Shown piece after piece: positions 46,383 through 61,300 of a DNA stretch of 64,000 bases. Under the pieces are notes generated by a model. The model did no database searches. It saw only the letters and a program-made list of their open reading frames with translations, and had not been told where the DNA came from. A program made the translations under genes and the position numbers. Source of the DNA: Eledone cirrhosa. Taxonomy: Eukaryota. Location: positions 375,348,001 to 375,412,000 of the forward strand of contig OZ024743.1 of NCBI GenBank assembly GCA_964016885.1, written 5' to 3'. Numbering within the stretch: position 1 is the stretch's first letter; each line of letters begins with the position of its first letter.

Positions 46383-49300
46383 GACACATTCACACTATAA
46401 AATGTCTACACCACCACCAAGACACATTCACCCTACAAAATGTTTACACCACCACCAAGACACATTCACTCTATAAAATGTCCACACCACAACCAAGACA
46501 CATCCACCCTACAAAATGTCAACACCACCACTAAGTCACATTTCCTCTATAAAATGTCCACACCACCACCAAGACACATTAACTCTATAAAATGTCTACA
46601 CCACCACCAAGACACATTAACCCTATAAAATGTCTACACCACCACCAAGACACATTAACTCTATATAATGTCTACACCACCACCAAGACACATTAACTCT
46701 ATAAAATTTCTACACGACCACCAAGACACATTAACTCTATAAAATGTCTACGCCACCACCAAGACACATTAACTCTATAAGATGTCCACACCACAACGAA
46801 GACACATTAATTCTATAAAATGTCTACACCACCATCAAGACACATTAACTCTATAAAATGTCCACACCACCATCAAGACACATTAACTCTATAAAATGTC
46901 TACACCACCACTAAGACACATTAACTCTATAAAATGTTCACACCACCACGAAGACACATTAATTCTATAAAATGTCCACAACACCACGAAGTCACAATCA
47001 CTCTATAAAATGTCCACACCACCACCAAGACACATTCACACTATAAAATGTCTACACCACCACCAAGACACATTAACTATATAAAATGTCCACACCACCA
47101 CCAAGACACATTAACTCTATAAAATGTCCCCACCACCACCAAGACACATTAACTCTATAAAATGTCCACACCACCACCAAGACACATTAACTCTATAAAA
47201 TGTCTACACCACCACCAAGACACATTTACTCTACAAAATGTCTACACCACCACCAAGACACATTAACTCTATAAAATGTTCACACCACAACCAAGACACA
47301 TTAACTCTATAAAATGTCCACACCACCACCAAGACACATTCACTCTATAAAATGTCTACACCACCACCAAGACACATTTACTCTACAAAATGTCCACACC
47401 ACCACCAAGACACATTAACTCTATAAAATGTCCCCACCACCACCAAGACACATTAACTCTATAAAATGTCCACACCAGCACCAAGACACATTAACTCTAT
47501 AAAATGTTTACACTACCACCAAGACACATTAACTCTATAAAATGTCCACACCACCACCAAGACACATTAACTCTATAAAATGTTTACACCACCACCAAGA
47601 CACATTAACTCTATAAAATGTCCACACCACCAAGACACGTTCACACTATAAAATGTCTACACCACCACCAAGACACATTAACTCTATAAAATGTCCACAC
47701 CACCACCAAGACACATTAACTCTATAAAATGTCCACACCACCACCAAGACACATTAACTCTCTATAATGTTTACACCACCACCAAGACACATAAACTCTA
47801 TATAATGTTTACACCACCACCAAGACACATCCACCCTACATAATGTCCACACCACCACAAAGACAGATCCACCCTACAAAATGTCTACACCACCACCAAG
47901 ACACATTTACTCTATAAAATGGCCACACCGCCATCAAGACACATTCACTCTATAAAATGTCTACACCACCACCAAGACACATTTACTCTACAAAATGTCC
48001 ACACCACCACCAAGACACATTAACTCTATAAAATGTATACACCACCACCAAGACGCATTTACATCCCCCCTATAAAATATCCACATCACCACCAAGACAC
48101 ATCCATCATACAAAATGTCACAACCATCACCAAGACACATTCACTCTATAAAATGTCCACACCATCACCAAGACACATTTACTCTATAAATTGTCTACAC
48201 CAGCACCACGACACATTAACGCTATAAAATGTCTACACCACCACCAAGACACATTAACTCTATAAAATGTCCACACCAAGGCACATCCGCCCTACAAAAT
48301 GTCCATACAACCAACAACACACATTTACACTACAAAATGTCCACACAATCACCAAGACACATTCACTCTACAAAATGTCCACACCACCACCAAGACACAT
48401 CAACCCTACAAAATGTCCAGACCACCACCAAGACACATTCACCTCACAAAAAGTCCACACCACCACCAAAACATATTCACTCTACCAAATGTCCACACCA
48501 CCACCAGACACATCCAGCCTACAAAATGTCCACACAACCACCAGACACATCCACCCTACAAAATGTCCATACCACCACCAAGACACATTCACTCTACAAA
48601 ATGTCCACACCACCACCAAGACACATTAACTCTATAAAATGTCCACACCACCACCAAGAAATATTTACTCTATAAAATGTCCACACCACCACCAAGACAC
48701 ATCTACCCTACAAAATGTCCACACCACCACCAAGACACATTCACTCTACAAAATGTCCACACCACCACCAAGACACATCCACCCTACAAAATGTCCACAC
48801 CACCACCAAGACACATCCACCCAACAAAATGTCCACTCCACCACCAAGACACATTCACTCTACAAAATGTCCACACCACCACCAAGACACATCCATCCTA
48901 CAAAATGTCCACACCACCACAAAGACAGATCCACCCTACAAAATGTCTACACCACCACTAAGACACATTAATTCTCTAAAATGTCTACACCACATTCAAG
49001 ACACATTCACTCTATAAAATGTCTACACCACCATCAAGACACATCCACCCTACAAAGTGTCCACACCACCACCAAGACACATCCACCCTACAAAATGTTC
49101 ACACCAACACCAAGACACATCCACTCTACAAAATGCCCACACAACCACCAAGACACATTCACTCTTCAAAATGTCTACACCACCACCAAGACACATTAAC
49201 TCCATAAAATGTCCACACCACCACCAAGAAACATTTACTCTACAAATTGTCCACATCACCACCAAGACACATTAACTCTATAAAATGTCTACACCAACAA

Positions 49301-52300
49301 CAAGACACATTAACTCTATAAAATGTCCACACCACCACCAAGACACATTCACACTATAAAATATCTACACCACCACCAAGACACATTAACTCTATAAAAT
49401 GTCTACACCACCACCAAGACACATTAACTCTATAAAATGTCCACACCACAACCAAGACACATTAACTCTATAAAATGTTTACACCACCACCAAGACACAT
49501 TCACACTATAAAATGTCTACATCACCACCAAGACACATTAACTCTATAAAATGTCTACACCACCACCAAGACACATTTACTCTACAAAATGTCTACACCA
49601 CCACCAAGACACATTAACTCTATAAAATGTTCACACCACAACCAAGACACATTAACTCTATAAAATGTCCACACCACCACCAAGACACATTAACTCTTTA
49701 AAATGTTTACACCACCACCAAGACACATTCACACTATAAAGTGTCTACACCACCACCAAGACACATTCACCCTATAAAATGTCCACACCACCACCAAGAC
49801 ACATTCACTCTATAAAATGTCTACACCACCACGAAGACACATTAACTCTACAAAATGCCCACACAACCACCAAGACACATGAACTCCATAAAATGTCCAC
49901 ACCACCACCAAGATACATTTACTCTACAAAATGTTCAGATCACCACCAAGACACATTAACTCGATAAAATGTCTACACCAACATCAAGACACATTAACTC
50001 TATAAAATGTCCACACCACCACCAAGACACATTCACACTATAAAATGTCTACACCACCACCAAGACACATTAACTCTATAAAATGTCTACACCACCACCA
50101 AGACACATTAACTCTATAAAATGTCCACACCACAACCAAGACACATTAACTCTATAAAATGTTTACACCACAACCAAGACACATTCACACTATAAAATGT
50201 CTAGACCACCACCAAGACACATTCACCCTATAAAATGTCTACACCACCACCAAGACACATTAACTCTATAAAATGTCTACACCACCACCAAGACACATTC
50301 ACTCTATAAAATGTCCACACCACAACCAAGACACATTAACTCTATAAAATGTTTACACCACCACCAAGACACATTAACTCTATAAAATGTCTACACCACC
50401 ACCAAAACACATTAACTCTATAAAATGTTCACACCACAACCAAGACACATTAACTCAATAAAATGTCCACACCACCACCAAGACACATTAACTCTTTAAA
50501 ATGTTTACACCACCACCAAGACACATTCACACTATAAAATGTCTACACCACCACCAAGACACATTCACCCTATAAAATGTCAACACCACCACCAAGACAC
50601 ATTAACTCTATAAAATGTCTACACCACCACCAAGACACATTAACTCTATAAAATGTCTACACCACCACCAAGACACATTAACTCTATAAAATGTCTACGC
50701 CACCACCAGGACACATTAACTCTATAAAATGTCCACACCACCACGAAGACACATTAATTCTATAAAATGTCTACACCACCACTAAGACACATTAACTCTA
50801 TAAAATGTCCACACCACCACCAGGACACATTAACTGTATATAATGTTTACACCACCACCAAGACATATTTATTCTATAAAATGTCTACACCACCACCAAG
50901 ACACATCCACCCTACAAAATGTCCACACCACCACAAAGACAGATCCACCCTACAAAATGTCTACACCACCACCAAGACACATTTACTCTATAAAATGGCC
51001 ACACCGCCATCAAGACACATTCACTCTATAAAATGTCTACACCACCACCAAGACACATTTACTCTACAAAATGTCCACACCACCACCAAGACACATTAAC
51101 TCTATAAAATGTATACACCAACACCAAGACACAATCACTCTACAAAATGTCCACACCCACACCAAGACGCATTTACTCTACAAAATATCCACAGTACCAC
51201 CAAGACACATCCACCCTACAAAATGTCCACATCACCACCAAGATACATCCCCCCTATAAAATATCCACACCACCACCAAGACACATCCACCCTGGAAAAT
51301 GTCCACATCACCAACAAGACACATCCACACTACAAAATGCCCACACAACCACCAAGACACATTAACTCTATAAAATGTCCACACCACCACCAAGACACAT
51401 TCACTCTATAAAATGTCTACACCACCTCCAAGACACATTAACTCTATAAAATGTCAACACCACCACCAAGACACATTAACTCTATAAAATGTCCACGCCA
51501 CCACCAAGACACATTCACACTATAAAATGTCTACACCACCACCAAGACACATTAACTCTATTAAATGTCCACACCACAACCAAGACACATTAACTCTATA
51601 AAATGTCCACACCACCACCAAGACACATTAACTCTATAAAATGTCCACACCACAACCAAGACACATTAACTCTATAAAATGTCTACACCACCACCAAACA
51701 CATTAACTCTATAAAATGTCCACACCACAACCAAGACACATTAACTCTATAAAATGTCCACACCACAACCAAGACACATTAACTCTATAAAATGTCTACA
51801 CCACCACCAAGACACATTCACTCTATAAAATGTCCACACCACCACCAAGACACATTCACTCTATAAAATGTACACACCACCACCAAGACACATTCACTTT
51901 ATAAAATGTCCACACCACCATCAAGACACATCCCCACTGCAAAATGGCTACACCTCCACCAAGACACATCAACCCTACAAATTGTCTACACCACCACCAA
52001 GACACATTAACTCTATAAAATGTCCACACCACCACCAAGACACATTAACTCTATAAAATGTCCACACCACCACCAAGACACATTAACTCTATAAAATGTC
52101 CACACCACAACCAAGACACATTAACTCTATTAAATGTCCACACCACCACCAAGACACATTCAACTCTATAAAATGTCTACACCACCATCAAAACACATTT
52201 ACTATGTAAAATGTCCACACCACCACCAAGACACTTTCACTCTATAAAATGTCCACACCACCACCAAGACACTTTCACTCTATAAAATGTCCACACCACC

Positions 52301-55300
52301 ACCAAGACACATTAACTCTATAAAATGTCCACACCACCACCAAGACACATTAACTCTATAAATGTTTACACCACCACCAAGACACATTAACTCTATAAAA
52401 TCTCCACACCACCACCAAGACACATTAACTCTATAAAATGTCCACACCACCACCAAGACACATTCACTCTATAAAATGTCTACACCACCACCAAGACACA
52501 TTAACTCTATAAAATGTCTACACCACCACCAAGACACATTAACTCTATAAAATGTCCACGCCACCACCAAGACACATTCACACTATAAAATGTCTACACC
52601 ACCACCAAGACACATTAACTCTATAAAATGTCTACACTACAACCAAGACACATTAACTCTATAAAATGTCCACACCACAACCAAGACACATTAACTCTAT
52701 AAAATGTCCACACCACAACCAAGACACATTAACTCTATAAAATGTGTACACCACCACCAAGACACATTCAACTCTATAAAATGTCTACACCACCATCAAA
52801 ACACATTTACTATGTAAAATGTCCACACCACCTCCAAGACACATTCACTCTATAAAATGTCCACACCACGACGAAGACACATTAACTCTATAAAATGTCC
52901 ACACCACCACCAACACACATTCACACTATAAAATGTCTACACCCCCACCAAGACACATTAACTCTATAAAACGTCCACACCACCACCAACACACATTCAC
53001 ACTATAAAATGTCTACACCACCACCAAGACACATTCACTCTATAAAATGTCCACACCACCACCAAGACACATTAACTCTATAAAATGTCCACACGACCAC
53101 CTAGACACATTAATTCTATAAAATGTCTACACCACCATCAAGACACTTTAATTCTATATAATGTCTACACCACCACCAAGACACATTAACTCTATAAAAT
53201 GTCTACACCAACACCAAGACACATTAACTCTATAAAATGTCTACACCAACACCAAGACACATTAACTCTATAAAATGTCCACACCACCACCAAGACACAT
53301 TAACTCTATAAAATGTCCACACCACCACCAAGACACATTAACTCTATAAAATGTTTACACCACCACCAAGACACATTAACTCTATAAAATGTCCACACCA
53401 CCACCAAGACACATTCACTCTATAAAATGTCTACACCACCACCAAGACACATTAACTCTATAAAATATCTACACCACCACCAAGACACATTAACTCTATA
53501 AAATGTCCACGCCACCACCAAGACACATTCACTCTATAAAATGTCTACACCACCACCAAGACACATTAACTCTATTAAATGTCCACACCACAACCAAGAC
53601 ACATTAACTCTATAAAATGTCTACACCACCACCAAGACACATTAACTCTATAAAATGTCAACACCACCACCAAGACACATTAACTCTATAAAATGTCCAC
53701 ACCACAACCAAGACACATTAACTCTATAAAATGTCCACACCACAACCAAGACACATTAACTCTATAAAATCTCTACACCACCACCAAGACACATTCACTT
53801 TATAAAATGTCCACACCACCATCAAGACATATCCCCCCTACAAAATGTCTACACCACCACCAAGACACATTAACTCTATAAAATGTCAACACCACCACCA
53901 AGACACATTAACTCTATAAAATGTCCACACCACAAGCAAGACACATTAACTTTATAAAATGTCCACACCACAACCAAGACACATTAACTCTATAAAATGT
54001 CTACACCACCACCAAGACACATTCAACTCTATAAAATGTCTACACCACCATCAAAACACATTTACTATGTAAAATGTCCACACCACCTCCAAGACACATT
54101 CACTCTATAAAATGTCCACACCACCACCAAGACACATCCCCCCTACAAAATGTCTACACCGCCACCAAGACACATCAACCCTACAAATTGTCTACACCAC
54201 CACCAAGACACATTCACTCTATAAAATGTCCACACCACCACCAAGACACATTCAACTCTATAAAATGTCTACACCACCACCAAGACACATTAACTCTATA
54301 AAATGTCCACACCACCACCAAGACACATTAACACTATAAAATGTCCACACCACCACCAAGACACATTCACTCTACAAAATGTCTACACCACCACCAAGAC
54401 ACATTCACTCTATAAAATGTCCACAGCACCAAGACACATTAACTCTATAAAATGTCCACACCACCACCAAGACACATTAACACTATAAAATGTCCACACC
54501 ACCACCAAGACACATTCACTCTACAAAGTATCTACACCACCACCAAGACACATTAACTCTATAAAATGTCCACACCACCATCAAGACACATTCACCCTAT
54601 AAAATGTCCACACCACCACCAAGACACATTCACTCTACAAAATGTCTACACCACCACCAAGACACATTCACTCTATAAAATGTCCACAGCGCCAAGACAC
54701 ATTAACTCTATAAAATGTCCACACCACCACCAAGACACATTAACTCTATAAAATGTCCACACCACAACCAAGACACATTAACTCTATAAAATGTCTACAC
54801 CACCACCAAGACACATTAACTCTATAAAATGGCCACACCACAACCAAGACACATTAACTCTATAAAATGTTTAAACCACCACCAAGTCACATTAACTCTA
54901 TAAAATGTCTACACCACAACCAAGACACATTAACTCTATAAAATGTCTACACCACCACCAAGACACATTAACTCTATAAAATGTCCACACCACCACCAAG
55001 ACACATTAACTCTATAAAATGTCTACACCACCACCAAGACACATTAACTCTATAAAATGTCTTCACCACAACCAAGACACATTAACTCTATAAAATGTTT
55101 ACAACACCACCAAGTCACATTAACTCTATAAAATGTCCACACCACCACCAAGACACATTAACTCTATAAAATGTCCACACCACCACCAAGACACATTAAC
55201 TCTATAAAATGTCTACACCACCACCAAGACACATTAACTCTATAAAATGTCCACACTACCACCATGACACATTAACTCTATAAAATATCCACACCACCAC

Positions 55301-58300
55301 CAAGACACATTAACTCTATAAAATGTCTACACCACCACCAAGACACATTAACTCTATAAAATGTCTACACCACCACCAAGACACATTAACTCCATCAAAT
55401 GTCTACACCACCACCAAGACACATTAACACTATAAAATGTCTACACCACCACCAAGACACATTCACTCTACAAAATGTCCACACCACCACCAAGACACAT
55501 TAACTCTATAAAATGTCCACAGCACCACCAAGACACATTAACTCTATAAAATGTTTACACCACCACCAAGTCACATTAACTCTATAAAATGTCTACACCA
55601 CAACCAAGACACCTTAACTCTATAAAATGTCTACACCACCACCAAGACACATTAACTCTATAAAATGTCCACACCACCACCAAGACATATTAACTCTATA
55701 AAATGTCTACACCACCACCAAGACACATTAAATCTATAAAATGTCTACACCACCACCAAGACACATTAACTCTATAAAATGTCTACACCACAACCAAGAC
55801 ACATTAACTCTATAAAATGTTTACAACACCACCAAGACACATTAACTCTATAAAATGTCCACACCACCACCAAGACACATTAACTCTATAAAATGTCTAC
55901 ACCACCACCAAGACACATTAACTCCATCAAATGTCTACACCACCACCAAGACACATTAACACTATAAAATGTCTACACCACCACCAAGACACATTCACTC
56001 TACAAAATGTCCACACCACCACCAAGACACATTAACTCTATAAAATGTCCACAGCACCACCAAGACACATTAACTCTATAAAATGTTTACACCACCACCA
56101 AGTCACATTAACTCTATAAAATGTCTACACCACAACCAAGACACCTTAACTCTATAAAATGTCTACACCACCACCAAGACACATTAACTCTATAAAATGT
56201 CCACACCACCACCAAGACATATTAACTCTATAAAATGTCTACACCACCACCAAGACACATTAAATCTATAAAATGTCTACACCACCACCAAGACACATTA
56301 ACTCTATAAAATGTCTACACCACAACCAAGACACATTAACTCTATAAAATGTTTACAACACCACCAAGACACATTAACTCTATAAAATGTCCACACCACC
56401 ACCAAGACACATTAACTCTATAAAATGTCTACACCACCACCAAGACACATTAAATCTATAAAATGTCTACACCTCCACCAAGACACATTTACTCTATAAA
56501 TTGTCTACATCACCACCCAGACACATTCACACTATAAAATGTCTACACCACCACCAAGACACATTCACTCTATAAAATGTCTACACCACCACCAAGACAC
56601 ATTCACTCTACAAAATGTCCACACCACCACCAAGACACATTAACTCTACAAAATGTCCACAGCACCACCAAGACACATTAACTCTATAAAATGTTTATAC
56701 CACCACCAAGTCACATTAACTCTATAAAATGTCTACACCACAACCAAGACACATTAACTCTATAAAATGTCTACACCACCAACAAGACACATTAACTCTA
56801 TAAAATGTCCACACCACCACCAAGACACATTAACTCTATAAAATGTCTACACCACCACCAAGACACATTAACTCTATAAAAGGTCTACACCACCACCAAG
56901 ACACATTAACTCTATAAAATGTCCACACCACCACCAAGACACATTAACTCTATAAAATGTCTACACCACCACCAAGACACATTAACTCTATAAAATGTCC
57001 ACACCACCACCAAGACACATTAACTCTATAAAATGTCTACACCACCACCAAGACACATTAACTCTATAAAATGTTTACACCACCACCAAGTCACATTAAC
57101 TGTATAAAATGTCTACTCCACCACGAAGACACATTAACTCTATAAAATGTCTACACCACCATCAAGACACATTAACTCTATAAAATGTTTACACCACCAC
57201 CAAGTCACATTAACTCTATAAAATGTCTACACCACCACCAAGACACATTTACTCTATAAATTGTCTACACCACCACCAAGACACATTCACACTATAAAAT
57301 GTCTACACCACCACAAAGACACATTCACTCTATAAAATGTCTACACCACCACCAAGACACATTCACTCTACAAAATGTCCACACCACCACCAAGACACAT
57401 TAACTCTATAAAATGTCCACAGCACCACCAACACACATTAACTCTATAAAATGTTTACACCACCACCAAGTCACATTAACTCTATAAAATGTCTACACCA
57501 CAACCAAGACACATTAACTCTCTAAAATGTCTACACCACCACCAAGACACATTAACTCTATAAAATGTCCACACCACCACCAAGACACATTAACTATATA
57601 AAATGTCTACACCACCACCAAGACACATTAAGTCTATAAAATGTTTACACCACCACCAAGTCACATTAACTCTATAAAATGTCTACACCACAAACAAGAC
57701 ACATTAACTCTATAAAATGTCTACACCACCACCAAGACACATTCACTCTATAAAATGTCCACACCACAACCAAGACACATTAACTCTATAAAATGTCCAC
57801 ACCACCACCAAGACACATTAACTCTATAAAATGTCTACACCACCACCAAGACACATTAACTCTATAAAATGTTTACACCACCACCAAGTCACATTAACTC
57901 TATAAAATGTCTACACCACAACCAAGACACATTAACTCTATAAAATGTCTACACCACCACCAAGACACATTAACTCTATAAAATGTCCACACCACCACCA
58001 AGACACATTAACTTTATAAAATGTCTACACCACCACCAAGACACATTAACTCTATAAAATGTCTACACCACCACCAAGACACATTAACTCTATAAAATGT
58101 TTACACCACCACCAAGTCACATTAACTCTATAAAATGTCTACACCACCACCAAGACACTTTAACTCTATAAAATGTTTACACCACCACCAAGTCACATTA
58201 ACTCTATAAAATGTCTACACCACCACCCAGACACATTAACTCTATAAAATGTCTACACCACCACCAAGACACATTAACTCTATAAAATGTCCACACCACA

Positions 58301-61300
58301 ACCAAGACACATTAACTCTATAAAATGTCCACACCACCACCAAGACACATTAACTCTATAAAATGTCTACACCACCACCAAGACACATTAACTCTATAAA
58401 ATGTCTACACCACCACCAAGACACATTAACTCTATAAAATGTCCACACCACCACCAAGACACATTAACTCTATATAATGTCCACACCACCACCAAGACAC
58501 ATTAACTCTATAAAATGTCCACACCACCACCAAGACACATTAACTCTATAAAATGTCTACACCACCACCAAGACACATTAACTCTATAAAATGTCCACAC
58601 CACCACCAAGACACATTAACTCTATAAAATGTCTACACCACCACCAAGACACATTAACTCTATAAAATGTTTACACCACCACCAAGTCACATTAACTGTA
58701 TAAAATGTCTACTCCACCACGAAGACACATTAACTCTATAAAATGTCTACACCACCACCAAGACACATTAACTCTATAAAATGTTTACACCACCACCAAG
58801 TCACATTAACTCTATAAAATGTCTACACCACCACCAAGACACATTTACTCTATAAATTGTCTACACCACCACCAAGACACATTCACACTATAAAATGTCT
58901 ACACCACCACAAAGACACATTCACTCTATAACATGTCTACACCACCACCAAGACACATTCACTCTACAAAATGTCCACACCACCACCAAGACACATTAAC
59001 TCTATAAAATGTCCACAGCACCACCAACACACATTAACTCTATAAAATGTTTACACCACCACCAAGTCACATTAACTCTATAAAATGTCTACACCACAAC
59101 CAAGACACATTAACTCTCTAAAATGTCTACACCACCACCAAGACACATTAACTCTATAAAATGTCCACACCACCACCAAGACACATTAACTATATAAAAT
59201 GTCTACACCACCACCAAGACACATTAAGTCTATAAAATGTTTACACCACCACCAAGTCACATTAACTCTATAAAATGTCTACACCACAACCAAGACACAT
59301 TAACTCTATAAAATGTCTACACCACCACCAAGACACATTCACTCTATAAAATGTCCACACCACAACCAAGACACATTAACTCTATAAAATGTCTACACCA
59401 CCACCAAGACACATTAACTCTATAAAATGTCTACACCACCACCAAGACACATTAACTCTATAAAATGTTTACACCACCACCAAGTCACATTAACTCTATA
59501 AAATGTCTACACCACAACCAAGACACATTAACTCTATAAAATGTCTACACCACCACCAAGACACATTAACTCTATAAAATGTCCACACCACCACCAAGAC
59601 ACATTAACTTTATAAAATGTCTACACCACCACCAAGAGACATTAACTCTATAAAATGTCTACACCACCACCAAGACACATTAACTCTATAAAATGTTTAC
59701 ACCACCACCAAGTCACATTAACTCTATAAAATGTCTACACCACCACCAAGACACTTTAACTCTATAAAATGTTTACACCACCACCAAGTCACATTAACTC
59801 TATAAAATGTCTACACCACCACCCAGACACATTAACTCTATAAAATGTCTACACCACCACCAAGACACATTAACTCTATAAAATGTCCACACCACAACCA
59901 AGACACATTAACTCTATAAAATGTCCACACCACCACCAAGACACATTAACTCTATAAAATGTCTACACCACCACCAAGACACATTAACTCTATAAAATGT
60001 CTACACCACCACCAAGACACATTAACTCTATAAAATGTCCACACCACCACCAAGACACATTAACTCTATAAAATGTCTACACCACCACCAAGACACATTA
60101 ACTCTATAAAATGTTTACACCACCACCAAGTCATATTAACTCTATAAAATGTCTACTCCACCACGAAGACACATTAACTCTATAAAATGTCTACACCACC
60201 ACCAAGACACATTAACTCTATAAAATGTTTACACCACCACCAAGTCACATTAACTCTATAGAATGTCTACACCACCACCAAGACACATTTACTCTATAAA
60301 TTGTCTACACCACCACCAAGACACATTCACTCTATAAAATGTCTACACCACCACCAAGACACATTCACTCTACAAAATGTCCACACCACCACCAAGATAC
60401 ATTAACTCTATAAAATGTCCACAGCACCACCAAGACACATTAACTCTATAAAATGTTTACACCACCACCAAGTCACATTAACTCTATAAAATGTCTACAC
60501 CACAACCAAGACACATTAACTCTCTAAAATGTCTACACCACCACCAAGACACATTAACTCTATAAAATGTCCACACCACCACCAAGACACATTAACTATA
60601 TAAAATGTCTACACCACCACCAAGACACATTAAGTCTATAAAATGTTTACACCACCACCAAGTCACATTAACTCTATAAAATGTCTACACCACAACCAAG
60701 ACACATTAACTCTATAAAATGTCTACACCACCACCAAGACACATTCACTCTATAAAATGTCCACACCACAACCAAGACACATTAACTCTATAAAATGTCC
60801 ACACCACCACCAAGACACATTAACTCTATAAAATGTCTACATCACCACCAAGACACATTAACTCTATAAAATGTTTACACCACCACCAAGTCACATTAAC
60901 TCTATAAAATGTCTACACCACAACCAAGACACATTAACTCTATAAAATGTCTACACCACCACCAAGACACATTAACTCTATAAAATGTCCACACCACCAC
61001 CAAGACACATTAACTTTATAAAATGTCTACACCACCACCAAGACACATTAACTCTATAAAATGTCTACACCACCACCAAGACACATTAACTCTATAAAAT
61101 GTTTACACCACCACCAAGTCACATTAACTCTATAAAATGTCTACACCACCACCAAGACACTTTAACTCTATAAAATGTTTACACCACCACCAAGTCACAT
61201 TAACTCTATAAAATGTCTACACCACCACCCAGACACATTAACTATATAAAATGTCTACACCACCACCAAGACACATTAACTCTATAAAATGTCCACACCA

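Noticed and set aside
27-54751. The many short plus-strand ORFs and a few minus-strand ORFs (V/W/C/G-rich)
   Set aside because: All are translations of the same 38-bp repeat, overlap in all three frames and start at the ATG in each monomer. Their length depends only on TAT/TAC and TTAA/TTCA variants, and there is no unique domain.
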